Both the position numbers and the translations under genes were made by a program. The notes beneath the pieces are model-generated. The model was not told the origin of the DNA and ran no database searches. It saw only the letters and a list, made by a program, of their open reading frames with translations. From Enterobacteria phage KhF3, in sequence record KT184315.1: 64,000 nucleotides of DNA, one strand, 5' to 3'. This document shows, piece after piece, positions 17,413 to 28,112 of the stretch (position 1 is the first letter of the stretch; each line of letters begins with the position of its first letter).

Positions 17413-18765
17413 TTATTCGTAAGCCACTGTACCTTTCAAGTCAACATCCAAGATAGCCCCTGCTAAGATACCTGCGAAGGTAACGTCTTTCAGGATACGT
17501 GCTTTCTTGTCTGCTAAAGCAACTTGAGAGGCTTTAGGAACATTAACTGTGTAAGATGACAGGAAGTTTCTGTTGACTGCTCTTTGCAGAGAGGTTTCAA
17601 TGACTTGACGAATACGAGTAATACCAGTATCATCATAAGTAATCTTACCACCCTTCTGGTTAATTAGCAAGTCTCTCAGAGAAGTTTTCAGGTCTGATTC
17701 TAACCAGTCAACACCACGGATGATATCAATCCATTCCCCACCAGAAGTAATCCCTCTACGAACCACTGGAACACCACCATCAAGGTCAATAAAGTTACAG
17801 TGACGTGCATCTAAAGCAGACTTCTGAATACTTGTCAGAGGTCTCTGATTAGATGGTTGTAGAGAAGCTGCTACACCAGTTAGCTGAGCATTACCCCAAG
17901 CAATCGAACCTGCGTCATATGGAGCACCATAAGCAATGTATGCCATCTCTGGATAATCTTCTGCTGCTGTGTGATGCCACAAGCAAACTGTACGAGTGTA
18001 CATATTCTTAGCAAGCTGTGCTGGAACATCATTTGCACTGGCTAATTCTGTGCCTTGCAGTGCTGCTACATCTGAGTTAGCCGTAAAGAAGATTTTCTTG
18101 CGAGCCTGAATCTCAGAAGCCATTGCTAAGACAAACTGTTGAGTTCTGTCTTCTGCTGCAATGAAATACCAGTCAGTAGAATAAGCTTCGATAGCTGCCA
18201 GAGCAGTTGATGCTGTATCGGCAGTTGTACTTGCAATGTATACAGTCTGTGCTGTGGTTGTTACTTTCACAAAGTCATTATCACCAGCTTTGGTAATAAT
18301 CATTGTGGCAGAGCCATTGCTACCAGTTACATTCACAGAAACCTTATCTTTGATTGTTGGGTCAGCTTCAATCTGTGTTTTAAACTGTTGCAACACTACC
18401 TCAGCAGTGTCTGAGTCTTGTGCTGTGTACTGGTATGGTTGAGAAATTCCACCGCCAGCAGCTACAGTAATTGAGTAGTCTGTACTTTCGGTAACGGCAT
18501 CAGGAATTGATACAGTGTACTGCATAGCACGTCTACCAATATAAAGCTGAGTTACTTTAGGAGTCTGACTCCAAAGTTGTTTAGCAGCCTTATATGCAGC
18601 AGAGTTTTCATCGAAATCTTCAGCAACTTCAGTTAAGGAAGTGTAACCACGGACTCTTTCTTCAAAGTTATCTGTTGAAGCTAAGAATAGTGGCAAACCA
18701 AAACCTTCTCTTGTAGTTCCTGCGGTGTTCAATGTAATATCTACATTAACAATTGGATTCCACAT
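17413..18765 (-). CDS. Tail sheath protein
   Basis: 450 aa; position upstream of tube; myovirus gene order. Confidence 0.7.
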   Translation of the reverse strand: MWNPIVNVDITLNTAGTTREGFGLPLFLASTDNFEERVRGYTSLTEVAEDFDENSAAYKAAKQLWSQTPKVTQLYIGRRAMQYTVSIPDAVTESTDYSITVAAGGGISQPYQYTAQDSDTAEVVLQQFKTQIEADPTIKDKVSVNVTGSNGSATMIITKAGDNDFVKVTTTAQTVYIASTTADTASTALAAIEAYSTDWYFIAAEDRTQQFVLAMASEIQARKKIFFTANSDVAALQGTELASANDVPAQLAKNMYTRTVCLWHHTAAEDYPEMAYIAYGAPYDAGSIAWGNAQLTGVAASLQPSNQRPLTSIQKSALDARHCNFIDLDGGVPVVRRGITSGGEWIDIIRGVDWLESDLKTSLRDLLINQKGGKITYDDTGITRIRQVIETSLQRAVNRNFLSSYTVNVPKASQVALADKKARILKDVTFAGILAGAILDVDLKGTVAYE

Positions 18766-19365
18766 TTATTTTACCCCTTTGGAGTCTACATCTAGATGGA
18801 TAGTATATTCTGGTGGCTCTTGTCCTTCTTCATAAACTAACTCACCATCAACAATGACACGCTCAATAATACTTCCACGTTCATCTTTCAGGACTGAGTT
18901 TTTTACAAGAGTTACAACAAGAGGTGCAGAATTTTCGAAATCTGTATTGAGATAAGTGTAATCATTTGGGATTGCTCCAGTGTCCAGTACTGTAGCTCCT
19001 GTTTCTTCAAGGATTAAATCTCTGACTGAACTCATCTCTAATCGTTGTTTAAGCTCAAGCATAATACTGTGAGCACCTTTACCATTTACCGTAATTAATA
19101 CAGGAATCTGAAAAGCAATTCTGTAACAAACTACATCATCTTCAACAAACTTATCAAGAACCCAACCATAAGGTGTTGCAGCATCTTGACAATATACGGT
19201 GATAAATGGCTGGTCAGGTTTTAAACCTTTGTCATTTGAGTTATCAGAAGGGTAAGCTCTAATTACGTTTGGTCTATTATTTTTATCACGAGCTAATCTG
19301 TGACCAATAACATCCACTAAGGTTCTAACTAGACCTTTTTCAAGTTCTGCTGTTTCTAACTGCAT
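18766..19365 (-). CDS. Neck/tail completion protein
   Basis: 199 aa between head and tail modules. Confidence 0.4.
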   Translation of the reverse strand: MQLETAELEKGLVRTLVDVIGHRLARDKNNRPNVIRAYPSDNSNDKGLKPDQPFITVYCQDAATPYGWVLDKFVEDDVVCYRIAFQIPVLITVNGKGAHSIMLELKQRLEMSSVRDLILEETGATVLDTGAIPNDYTYLNTDFENSAPLVVTLVKNSVLKDERGSIIERVIVDGELVYEEGQEPPEYTIHLDVDSKGVK

Positions 19366-19741
19366 TCAGTTTATCCCTTCTAATAATGATATATTCATAA
19401 TGGGACGTATGGGCTAATTGCTGTGACCAATCCATAGTCATAAATACTTCATACTCATGACCATCAATCATAACAATATCAGACTCATTCCACTCTACAT
19501 CATCTGAAGTTCTAAGTTTATATGTGGTATACAGGATTCTTGTATCGGTAAGCCTAATACCTTCCGGTAAAGCAATCTGTGTACCATTCTTTACAGAACC
19601 TTTGATATATGGCTGGATATTACCTTTACAGTTAACCTCTACAACATCTTGTGAAGCTACCCAATCACCATCATCATTATAATAACCGTCTTCAGAGACT
19701 TTACGCTTTACTACAAAGCTGTGTCTGTTTAAGAGTCTCAT
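19340..19741 (-). CDS. Head-tail joining protein
   Basis: 133 aa; position. Confidence 0.4.
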   Translation of the reverse strand: MRLLNRHSFVVKRKVSEDGYYNDDGDWVASQDVVEVNCKGNIQPYIKGSVKNGTQIALPEGIRLTDTRILYTTYKLRTSDDVEWNESDIVMIDGHEYEVFMTMDWSQQLAHTSHYEYIIIRRDKLNAVRNSRT

Positions 19742-20220
19742 TTCTTAATACCCTTCTTAGTAGAAATTTTATAAGCAAGGTTATCCCTTAAGTCACCTGT
19801 CTCAACAAGAGGTGCATTAAAGCCTTTTTTCTTGACTGTGGAAGGTGCGTTAGGAGGGAGGATAGCAGAATTACCAAAACCTCTTTTAATTACCTTTTGA
19901 GCATTCTTTGCAAATGCTTCTAAGGTATTTGAAGGGTCTGTGTTGAGACTGCTAAGTTGCTTATATAGATTCTTCTTAGTCTGCTCTAACAAGGTCTGTC
20001 TGTTTAGCATCATAGTGATTTCAAACAACCTACGATATACTTTACCAGAAGCTGAAGGGATTCCAATAACTTCTTGTAAATACATTAAAGCAGGATAAGA
20101 AAAACCAGAGCTATGTTGACCTTGTTCTTGAAAATACCCAACTTGAGCATTAGCCGTTTGCAAGTTCTTCATAGCCCCGACTAATTTTGCTCTAGCGGGG
20201 TGAATAACCCTTTTAACCAT
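19738..20220 (-). CDS. Head-tail connector/completion protein
   Basis: 160 aa; position. Confidence 0.4.
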   Translation of the reverse strand: MVKRVIHPARAKLVGAMKNLQTANAQVGYFQEQGQHSSGFSYPALMYLQEVIGIPSASGKVYRRLFEITMMLNRQTLLEQTKKNLYKQLSSLNTDPSNTLEAFAKNAQKVIKRGFGNSAILPPNAPSTVKKKGFNAPLVETGDLRDNLAYKISTKKGIKK

Positions 20221-20669
20221 TATTCATCTCGCTCGATAATAAATACGCCATTAACACGGTTGCAGTAATCTCTGCCTTCGTATCTGGCAGCATCACCATA
20301 TTCTGTGTATTTCTTGACAGAGCAAGGATTCTGACGACGCATGTCAATATCACACTGATTAATACCACCTGCATAGGGTAGTCCTGAAACAGAGCTTTTA
20401 ACAAGGTCGTCATAAACAGCTTTCAGAGATTTGAATCTGGAAGAGTTACGTAAATAGACACCACCAACTTTCTCATCTCCCATCTTGGCTACTTGAAAGA
20501 GTAAATATTTAAGAGCTTTGATGGCTGCTTTCTTTTCATCCTTTCCAGATTCTAGATAGAACCACTCTAGCACAGACTGCTCAATAAGAATTTCATCATT
20601 ATTGGTGTCTGTGCAGAGGATTCTTACTCTATCAAGAGGGTTATTGGCTGGGTCGCCTGTATAACACAT
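20220..20669 (-). CDS. Head completion/adaptor protein
   Basis: 149 aa; directly downstream of major capsid gene. Confidence 0.4.
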   Translation of the reverse strand: MCYTGDPANNPLDRVRILCTDTNNDEILIEQSVLEWFYLESGKDEKKAAIKALKYLLFQVAKMGDEKVGGVYLRNSSRFKSLKAVYDDLVKSSVSGLPYAGGINQCDIDMRRQNPCSVKKYTEYGDAARYEGRDYCNRVNGVFIIERDE

Positions 20670-20690
20670 TCATAACCCTCCTTAAGAATA

Positions 20691-21797
20691 TTAGTCTGGT
20701 TTAGCGTCAGAACGAACGTCTACCAGCAACTGAGGACGTGTGCAGTATGGCAGCATGTAAGAGTGAGCTTCAAAGTCAATACCTTCGTCACGGTCTTTTT
20801 CGTATTCGAATACGTACAGTTCCTGACCAAGTGTATTTGCATAACCCATCTTAGGACATGGACCATATGCCACTTCGAAGATGTTGTTTGCTTCACCCAG
20901 CATAGAAACGTTAGGGAAAGCATGACCTACACCAACAGTTGCTGCTACACTATCAATACTCACCAGAGTGTGAACCTTACCACGCTTATCTTTGAACTTA
21001 CCGTTGTACTGGACAAACTTAACACCACCGTAGTAGAAAGTGTTCATGTGAGCCTGAACGCCGTCAGTACCACCAGTTCTCAGAGAACCAGTAATCTGTT
21101 GCCAAGCCAGCGGAGTCTGCTGTGCAAGATAAGCGTCACGAATCTTAGGATGTTTAGTAAGCTTGCTGAAGAACACACGGTCAACAACTACGTGAATTTC
21201 TTCACCGTTGATTACAGTGCCAGTCTTAGCTTCATCTTCCATGTGCATACGCAGTTCTTCAATAGAAGCGTCGATGTCAGCATTAGGGTTGTCAAGGTCG
21301 AAGTAAATAGTCTTCTTCTCAACGTCGAACTGCTTGTACAGGTCAGCGTACAGAGTACCACGAGCATCAACAACTTTACCCTTCAGAGCTTGCATAAACA
21401 GGAACTCACGAGTAATATCGAACTTGGTACGAATCTTCATCAGCTTCTTGGCACGTACTACAGCTTCAGTAGTCAGTTCGTTTGCAGTGCCTGGCTGACG
21501 TACACCCTGAATCTCATCAGGAGTAATGCTTTCAACTTCTTTGAAGTACATCATTGGGAAGCTGATTTGACGAACACGCTCAGGTGCGCTAGTCTCTGCT
21601 TTACGGCTATCACGGTCTACCGCATCAAGCAAGCTAACATCCCAATCAGTCAAGTCCATAAGGAAAGTAGTTTGGGTGATTGGTGCTGAACGGAATAGAC
21701 CTAAGTTGGAAATATACCCATAAGTATTTGGGATAGACTGGACTTCACCAGTCAGGTCAGCAAGGAAAAATCTGCTTTTTTCAGAATTAGTCAACAT
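20691..21797 (-). CDS. Major capsid protein
   Basis: 368 aa; follows protease/scaffold and small decoration-like gene; strong codon usage. Confidence 0.7.
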   Translation of the reverse strand: MLTNSEKSRFFLADLTGEVQSIPNTYGYISNLGLFRSAPITQTTFLMDLTDWDVSLLDAVDRDSRKAETSAPERVRQISFPMMYFKEVESITPDEIQGVRQPGTANELTTEAVVRAKKLMKIRTKFDITREFLFMQALKGKVVDARGTLYADLYKQFDVEKKTIYFDLDNPNADIDASIEELRMHMEDEAKTGTVINGEEIHVVVDRVFFSKLTKHPKIRDAYLAQQTPLAWQQITGSLRTGGTDGVQAHMNTFYYGGVKFVQYNGKFKDKRGKVHTLVSIDSVAATVGVGHAFPNVSMLGEANNIFEVAYGPCPKMGYANTLGQELYVFEYEKDRDEGIDFEAHSYMLPYCTRPQLLVDVRSDAKPD

Positions 21798-21830
21798 TGT
21801 AAAATTCTCCAGAATGTCTTATTATTGTTA

Positions 21831-22208
21831 TTACAGGCCAGTTGGTACGAAATCAATACCTTTAGCAGCCAGAGCTGTCTTGACTGCATCAGCATCAACA
21901 CCTGATTCAAGAGTAAGCAGGTCTTTTAGTTCTGCGTCACGGTAAATACCAACAACTTTCAACTGACCGTGGTAAGACAGTTGTAGGTCTGCATAAAAGT
22001 TAACGATACATACAGAATCAGCCTGAGCTTCTTCCCCTGCTGCAACTTTAGTACCATCTGCTTTCAGGACTTCACCTACACGGTATTCTGTTGAAGCAAC
22101 TGGAGTGTACTCTTTACGAGAGTGGCCTGTTGGGGTAATCTGTTCCCAAAGAATGATATCATTCAGAGGTTCTCTGTTACCTAACTTAGTAAAACCTTGA
22201 TATGCCAT
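21831..22208 (-). CDS. Head decoration-like protein
   Basis: 125 aa between protease/scaffold and capsid gene (lambda gpD-like position). Confidence 0.4.
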   Translation of the reverse strand: MAYQGFTKLGNREPLNDIILWEQITPTGHSRKEYTPVASTEYRVGEVLKADGTKVAAGEEAQADSVCIVNFYADLQLSYHGQLKVVGIYRDAELKDLLTLESGVDADAVKTALAAKGIDFVPTGL

Positions 22209-22219
22209 TATTGTGTTCC

Positions 22220-23566
22220 TTATTTGATAAGAGATTTTAGAGCATTCTGGAGAGCCAGTTTGCGTTGTTCAGCGGTGTCTTCGGAAGCATTCTTAGCTGG
22301 TTCTTTTTCTTCTTCAACCAAATCAGCTTCGCCGTCATTACCCATTTCTTCCATAGCATTAGAATGTTCAAGAACAGCACCAGCAGTTTCTTTCAGCTTG
22401 GTAATTTCTGATTCTTTTTCTTCCATTGCAGAAGCATGGGACGCGATAGTTTCATTAAGTTTCTGGTTAGCACCTTCCATAGCATTCATAAACAGAACAC
22501 TCAGAGGGTTATCAAGACCAGCACCTAAAATAGTCGTTGCAGCTTCTTTTGCATCAAATCCAAAAGCTTCAGCAGAAGCAGAAATCTTATTAGTCAAATC
22601 TGACAAAGCAGCTTCCTGTTCTTTAGCTTTCATTTGAGCAACCTGAAGACGCAAAGCTTCTAGTTCTTGCTTTTCTTGTTCAGTCATTTCTTCACCTGAA
22701 TTGTTAACGTTTAAACTTACAGGAGCCTCTTCAGAACCTTGTAAGTAATTTAAGAAATCATCTTGAGACATGATTGAGTTAATTAAACCAAGTTCAAGAG
22801 CTTCCTGAGCAGAATAAACATTCGCCTCAGTATTCTTTACAGCTTCTTCAGAGAGATTACGAGATTCGGCTACAAAACCTGTAAAGGTTGCGTAGGTATC
22901 ATTAATTCTCTTTTGAAGTCTTTCTTTGCTTTCTTCTGAGAGTGCTTGGAATGGTGAACCCATACCTTTAAACTCACCAGCTTTGATGACGTTAATTGTT
23001 ACGCCATTCTTTTCAAATGCCTTAGTTAATTCCTGATGAACCATGATTACACCAATAGAACCAACATCTGCATCTGGTGATGCAATAATTTCTTCAGCAG
23101 AAGATGCAAGAGCGTATGCAGCGGAACAAGCGAACTCATCTACATAAGCAATAATTTTCTTTTGGCCTCTTGAAGCCATAATGTGACGTGCTAATTCAAA
23201 GCAACCTGAAGCTTCACCACCACCAGAATCAATGTGCAGAACGATAGTCTTAATTGACTCATCTGCTAAAGCTTCGTCAAAGCCTCTACGCAAACCTTCA
23301 TAAGAGCTTAATCCACCTGTACACATTGCATCAATGAATGTCATACGATGGGTTAAACCACCCATAATAGGGATAATAGCAATGTCATCTTTCACTTTTA
23401 AAAGACTTCTTGCTTCACCTTTGGGTTTATCAAAGTTTACTGCTGCTTGGACATCACCCAGCAATCTGTTATTCACATAAGTTGCTGCTGAGTGAGCTAA
23501 TGATTCAGTGGCTAGTAAAGGTTGGTTGAATAATCTATCAGCAAGTCTGAAGATATTCGAACTCAT
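22220..23566 (-). CDS. Prohead protease (S49/SppA-ClpP-like) fused to scaffold domain
   Basis: N-terminal half peptidase-like (IIPIMGGLT..., GGEASG...); C-terminal E/A/K-rich coiled coil. Confidence 0.65.
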   Translation of the reverse strand: MSSNIFRLADRLFNQPLLATESLAHSAATYVNNRLLGDVQAAVNFDKPKGEARSLLKVKDDIAIIPIMGGLTHRMTFIDAMCTGGLSSYEGLRRGFDEALADESIKTIVLHIDSGGGEASGCFELARHIMASRGQKKIIAYVDEFACSAAYALASSAEEIIASPDADVGSIGVIMVHQELTKAFEKNGVTINVIKAGEFKGMGSPFQALSEESKERLQKRINDTYATFTGFVAESRNLSEEAVKNTEANVYSAQEALELGLINSIMSQDDFLNYLQGSEEAPVSLNVNNSGEEMTEQEKQELEALRLQVAQMKAKEQEAALSDLTNKISASAEAFGFDAKEAATTILGAGLDNPLSVLFMNAMEGANQKLNETIASHASAMEEKESEITKLKETAGAVLEHSNAMEEMGNDGEADLVEEEKEPAKNASEDTAEQRKLALQNALKSLIK

Positions 23567-23577
23567 TTTTACTCACC

Positions 23578-23910
23578 CTATTTGTTTAAATCTACAGAGA
23601 CTGAAGAGATAACATAGATACCTTCTTCAGCGAAGAATTGAGGTTTGCTAAGAGCACCAGTTGCCACGCATTTATCGTTAGCATCCCACAAGCTATAGTG
23701 TGAGACCGTTGCAGAAGCTGGAACAGTAATATTAACTGTATCTTCTGAGGCAATTAAGCCATTATCCGGTTCAGAAAAATAAATAGCCACTGGCTGAGTA
23801 ACCTTATTTGCTGTAGGGTCTGCCGTTGGGTCTACATTGTGTAAAATAATAGTCGTTGGGGTTAGCGTGGCGAGGATTTTATTCTTACCATCAATAGTTA
23901 ATGTTCCCAT
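23578..23910 (-). CDS. Hypothetical protein
   Basis: 110 aa ORF in head module. Confidence 0.4.
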   Translation of the reverse strand: MGTLTIDGKNKILATLTPTTIILHNVDPTADPTANKVTQPVAIYFSEPDNGLIASEDTVNITVPASATVSHYSLWDANDKCVATGALSKPQFFAEEGIYVISSVSVDLNK

Positions 23911-24410
23911 TAATTAAACCTTACTTTTTGTTTAAGGACTGTTGAATGGTTACCAGATTCATCTACCACATTTACAATCATATCATATACTTTACCTTTG
24001 ACAAGTACTTTGTAATCATTTTGTGAAAAAATGTATTCAAGTCTGTTTGTTTCTTTATTAACTGTCATTGGAGATTGAAATGCAGTATCGAGGGTAATGA
24101 AAGCGGCTTCAATGCTATTAACATTGATACGTTTATTCTCGCAGTTATATAACTTTACACCCAAAAGGCATGAGCTGTCAAATGGAATTTTAACAATTTC
24201 ACTACAATTTCCTGAAATAAACGGTTTTCCACTCATTGGTGCATCAAGTAACCTGCAAATAGTGAAAACGTCAGAGACTCCACCATCACTAACATAACCT
24301 GAAAGGCTGACCCTTGAGCCAGCCTCTACAGATAACTTGTCAGTAATGATAAGGACACCCCTATACGAATGCACTCGTGTAGCATTTGAAATAGAGATAA
24401 CTTCAGCCAT
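23910..24410 (-). CDS. Hypothetical protein
   Basis: 166 aa ORF downstream of portal. Confidence 0.4.
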   Translation of the reverse strand: MAEVISISNATRVHSYRGVLIITDKLSVEAGSRVSLSGYVSDGGVSDVFTICRLLDAPMSGKPFISGNCSEIVKIPFDSSCLLGVKLYNCENKRINVNSIEAAFITLDTAFQSPMTVNKETNRLEYIFSQNDYKVLVKGKVYDMIVNVVDESGNHSTVLKQKVRFN

Positions 24411-25885
24411 TATTTATTTGCCTTATTTGCTGTGCTTGGGTCTTTCGCTGAAGGTGTCTTTGCAGTACCTTCTCCAGCGGTCTTATAACCATCTCCTGAG
24501 CGGCTTTGGCTATTTGGAGAAAGCTTTTCAGATACTGGCTGAGACTCATCAGCAGGAGGAAGACCAATATGCTCTCTAAGTTTGTTAGATAGCTCTTTGT
24601 CAACTTCCAAAGCACCTACTGCAACAGTCTTCTGAATATAAGAACCAATTGCTTCAAGGTCTGGAGTTTCGATATCATCATATGTGATTTGTACATGTTC
24701 TTCATCATCCCACATATTAAGAGCATAAGTCTGTGCAACTAAATCACGGTTAATTACGTTCTTAATTTGCTTCAGCAGAATATCTACTGACATTGCTAGT
24801 AAACTCGTCTTAGAATCTGCAAGAGAGAATGAACCATATTTTGACTGACCCATAGCAAGAACATCTGACATAAATGCCATCATAATCTGCTTGGAATATC
24901 TGTCAATAATAGAACCTGTATCGTATGCTTTAGCACCCTGTCTAGAAACTAATGAGAACTCAAAAATATCCTCTTTAGTATCTGGGTCGATATATCTAGG
25001 CCAGATTAAACCTGCTCTATCATTAGCAATCATATCGTTAACAACAGTTTTGCAGTATTGTACGAAAGCTTTCTTTTCAGGTTCTGCATTTTCATCTAGA
25101 TAGTCTGGTGGTAAACCAATCTTTGGCATACCTACTAAGTCTCTTGAAACGCCAACAGCCTCATACTCTTCAATCTGTACTTTATATTTCCACGGTACAT
25201 AAGCATTAAGTAGTGGTGAACGACCTTCTGGATTTCCATATTCATCGTCATACTTAAACAGCATGAATTTAGCTCGTGGAAGTTTTCTTGTTAGAGGTCT
25301 TTCTCCAAGATTAATTGCTCCAGCAATATGTGAAACATTTCTCAGATTCTGTCTAACACCAGTAACTTTCCTAAAGTCTTCGTCAAAATACCACTTATCA
25401 AGTGTTGATTGGTTTCTGATTGGTAATTTAGCCCATCCAATTAGACCATCATCAAATTTAGACTGGTACTTTCCTTTTTTACCCTGACGTTTCTTATAAA
25501 CCTTTTCGTTAACACAGAACCCATAAGTGCAGAATGACATTACAGAGTTAATAAAATCTGCCCAATCATGCTCCATGTCATCCATTAAAGAATTAAAGAA
25601 GTCTGCTCTTTCAAGCATTTTAGGGTCTTGCTCTTTTCCCTTTGGAGGTACGAATCTCCAGTTGACTTTTCTGACAAACATCTTAATAATATTTACAGAT
25701 GCTGCTACAGCAGGGTCACGCATCATTAATTGGAAAGTTTTAATACTTTCAGGGAACCTTAGTGCCTGACGAGGTTCTTCATAGATTCTTCCATTCTTAA
25801 CCTTCAGACCCAAAGAACCTACTTCACCCATTCTAAATGGTGGTAAGCTTTCTTGTGTTTCTGTAATATCTGCCATTCTTCTCAC
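24410..25885 (-). CDS. Portal protein
   Basis: 491 aa immediately downstream of large terminase. Confidence 0.7.
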   Translation of the reverse strand: MRRMADITETQESLPPFRMGEVGSLGLKVKNGRIYEEPRQALRFPESIKTFQLMMRDPAVAASVNIIKMFVRKVNWRFVPPKGKEQDPKMLERADFFNSLMDDMEHDWADFINSVMSFCTYGFCVNEKVYKKRQGKKGKYQSKFDDGLIGWAKLPIRNQSTLDKWYFDEDFRKVTGVRQNLRNVSHIAGAINLGERPLTRKLPRAKFMLFKYDDEYGNPEGRSPLLNAYVPWKYKVQIEEYEAVGVSRDLVGMPKIGLPPDYLDENAEPEKKAFVQYCKTVVNDMIANDRAGLIWPRYIDPDTKEDIFEFSLVSRQGAKAYDTGSIIDRYSKQIMMAFMSDVLAMGQSKYGSFSLADSKTSLLAMSVDILLKQIKNVINRDLVAQTYALNMWDDEEHVQITYDDIETPDLEAIGSYIQKTVAVGALEVDKELSNKLREHIGLPPADESQPVSEKLSPNSQSRSGDGYKTAGEGTAKTPSAKDPSTANKANK

Positions 25886-25892
25886 CTAGCTA

Positions 25893-27509
25893 TCAACGTC
25901 TAAGCCCCTCATACGGGTTTCCTCTCACTAAATCTGTGTGAGCACCCATTGATGGTGGCTTGAATAATTTAACTTCGTTAAGACTGTTGAAAGCATCACT
26001 GGTAGCATCCACTTGGTCATCTTTAGTTTTGCCGTCACCACAAAAACCTTCAAGTTCTTGAAAGTAAGCTTCATTCCAACTACCTCTCAAGACTTTTACA
26101 AGTCCAGCTTCAGAAGCAGCAGAAAATCCCGCAAAGCGGGTAACTTTATCTTTATTTGTTGGTTTGGCTCTTGCTCGATAACCTTTCTCGGCAAGTTTCC
26201 TGATTAGGGATGTTGCGTAGGATTTACCAGCAGCGCCTGGGTCTTGAGGGATAAAAATACCAGTTCGCTTACCGTCACTTTCAGCAGTCAAATTAATTTG
26301 TGTTTCGACTCCAGAGGGTCTATCTCTAAATCTTACTACATCAATGATATAATAGCAACCGTCTTTTTTAGATTTACCCATCTTAACACCTGCTGTCCAG
26401 TCTGGATTAGGGTTAATCTCAGATGGTAAAGTTGCTGCTAAGTCCCATGCTCTAACATCGAATACATCTTCTGGGAGTGAATCAACAATCTCACACCATT
26501 GTCTTTGCCAATAGTTTGAACCTTCTGCACGAGCCTTCCAGTTACCGAAACGAAGTCTTGCAACGTTTACAGGGGTGTTGTTTTCCAACTTACCACGGTA
26601 CTTAGGCTCTAAGAAGTCAAGGATTGGGTTATCATCAATCGTACCAGAGATGAATGTATATGTTTGAGGAATCTCAAGAGGAAACATTTCAAGAATCTTG
26701 TCTCTCTCCCAATCAGAAACCATAACACCATCATTCATTACATACCAACGAATACGACCACACTTTTCAGGGTCTGGGTAGCCTTCTTCATCTAAGAATG
26801 GTTCTACCCAATCGTAAATAAAGTGGTCTCTGTCTGGGTTCATAGAAATCTTCATGTATGAATCACCTTCAGCCCCAGAACGTAGACGAGTCTGTAGGTA
26901 TGAAATCTGTGAAGCAGAGAAGTGTGTACCTTCGTCAAAGTAAATAGCTGAGTATTCAATACCCTGATGACCTTCAGCGTGCTTTTCAAGTTCTAGATAG
27001 GTAAACTTGATAGTTGCCCCAGAAGGGAATGTGATAGTCATCTTCTGCTCGTGAGGAACCCCACCAAACTTACCAAATAGTTTCTTTGCAGCAGGCCATA
27101 AACCACCTTGTAACTGTGTTGTATTTCGACGGAAATATACAGCATTATAGTTAGGGTCTTCAATAAACCTTAAAGAGTCCATTAACAATGCAGCAGTCTT
27201 ACCAGCACCCGCAGCACCACCATAGAGAACCAAGTCAGCATTAGTATTTAAAAAGACCTCTTGAGAACCCGGCTGAGGGGCTACATAGTTCTTATCAGTC
27301 ATCAATTTGAAGATAAGTCTAACTTGGTCTGGTGTGTATCTTAATAAAGTCAGAATTTGAGTTGGAAGGAATTTAGAGGGGTCTTTACCGAATGATTTGA
27401 TAATTTCTTTTACTTCATCAGAAAGCCCCAACTCTCCAGCTAGGACTTTCCTAACATCTTCCACTCGCTTCTGCTTAACAGCATTTAAGTCCATTAAGCA
27501 CCTCCGCAA
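25893..27509 (-). CDS. Terminase large subunit
   Basis: Walker A LYGGAAGAGKT; 538 aa; ATPase plus nuclease architecture. Confidence 0.85.
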   Translation of the reverse strand: MRRCLMDLNAVKQKRVEDVRKVLAGELGLSDEVKEIIKSFGKDPSKFLPTQILTLLRYTPDQVRLIFKLMTDKNYVAPQPGSQEVFLNTNADLVLYGGAAGAGKTAALLMDSLRFIEDPNYNAVYFRRNTTQLQGGLWPAAKKLFGKFGGVPHEQKMTITFPSGATIKFTYLELEKHAEGHQGIEYSAIYFDEGTHFSASQISYLQTRLRSGAEGDSYMKISMNPDRDHFIYDWVEPFLDEEGYPDPEKCGRIRWYVMNDGVMVSDWERDKILEMFPLEIPQTYTFISGTIDDNPILDFLEPKYRGKLENNTPVNVARLRFGNWKARAEGSNYWQRQWCEIVDSLPEDVFDVRAWDLAATLPSEINPNPDWTAGVKMGKSKKDGCYYIIDVVRFRDRPSGVETQINLTAESDGKRTGIFIPQDPGAAGKSYATSLIRKLAEKGYRARAKPTNKDKVTRFAGFSAASEAGLVKVLRGSWNEAYFQELEGFCGDGKTKDDQVDATSDAFNSLNEVKLFKPPSMGAHTDLVRGNPYEGLRR

Positions 27510-27515
27510 ATAGAA

Positions 27516-27716
27516 TTATTCAGAGTCTGTAGCAGTCTCTTCTTTCTTAACTTCGAACTTTGCATCAACAGCATCAAGAAGTGCATCCATAGATGCTTCT
27601 TTAATATCAATGCCTGTTGCTACAGATAATCTGTCTGCAATTGCCATGATAGTATTCTGCATAAATTCTAGCTTCTTGTTAGCTTCATAAAGTTCTTTAT
27701 AAACGGTCTCGCTCAT
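27516..27716 (-). CDS. Hypothetical protein
   Basis: 66 aa ORF upstream of terminase; GGAGA RBS. Confidence 0.4.
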   Translation of the reverse strand: MSETVYKELYEANKKLEFMQNTIMAIADRLSVATGIDIKEASMDALLDAVDAKFEVKKEETATDSE

Positions 27717-27751
27717 TATGTTTTCTCCAAATAATTAACCATGTTTCCCCT

Positions 27752-27777
27752 TAAAAAAGACGGCACAGAGACCGTCA
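27752..27777 (-). terminator. Candidate rho-independent terminator
   Basis: Minus strand GACGGTCTCTGTGCCGTC followed by TTTTTT. Confidence 0.45.
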
Positions 27778-27941
27778 AGGAGAAACCACAATGTACGTCA
27801 GAGACATACTGTATAAGTCTTCTTATAAAGTATAGCTCTGTAAAAAAGCCCTGTCTAAAAATACTCTTCGGTAGCGAAAGGAAGAATACTTATAGCAGGG
27901 CATTATTATTATTTTAATTGAGAGAGAGTAAAATAACTTGG

Positions 27942-28014
27942 AGAATCCGAAGGGACTCGAACCCTTATAAACCTGTTTTGCAGACAGGAACATAGCCATT
28001 TCTGTCACGGATTC
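27942..28014 (-). tRNA. tRNA-Cys (anticodon GCA)
   Basis: Manual fold: T-arm AAGGG-ACTCGAA-CCCTT (plus view), 7-bp acceptor, anticodon loop CTGCAAA, U73, CCA encoded. Confidence 0.7.
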
Positions 28015-28021
28015 AAATTGG

Positions 28022-28111
28022 AGGAAGATACCAGACTTGAACTGGTACACCGATTTCTCAGCTACTGGCAGTTTAGCAAACTGCTCCCTTACCTTTTAGG
28101 GTTAATCTTCC
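28022..28111 (-). tRNA. tRNA-Ser (anticodon GCT), class II
   Basis: T-arm ACCAG-ACTTGAA-CTGGT, 21-nt variable arm, anticodon loop TTGCTAA, perfect 7-bp acceptor. Confidence 0.7.
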
Positions 28112-28112
28112 A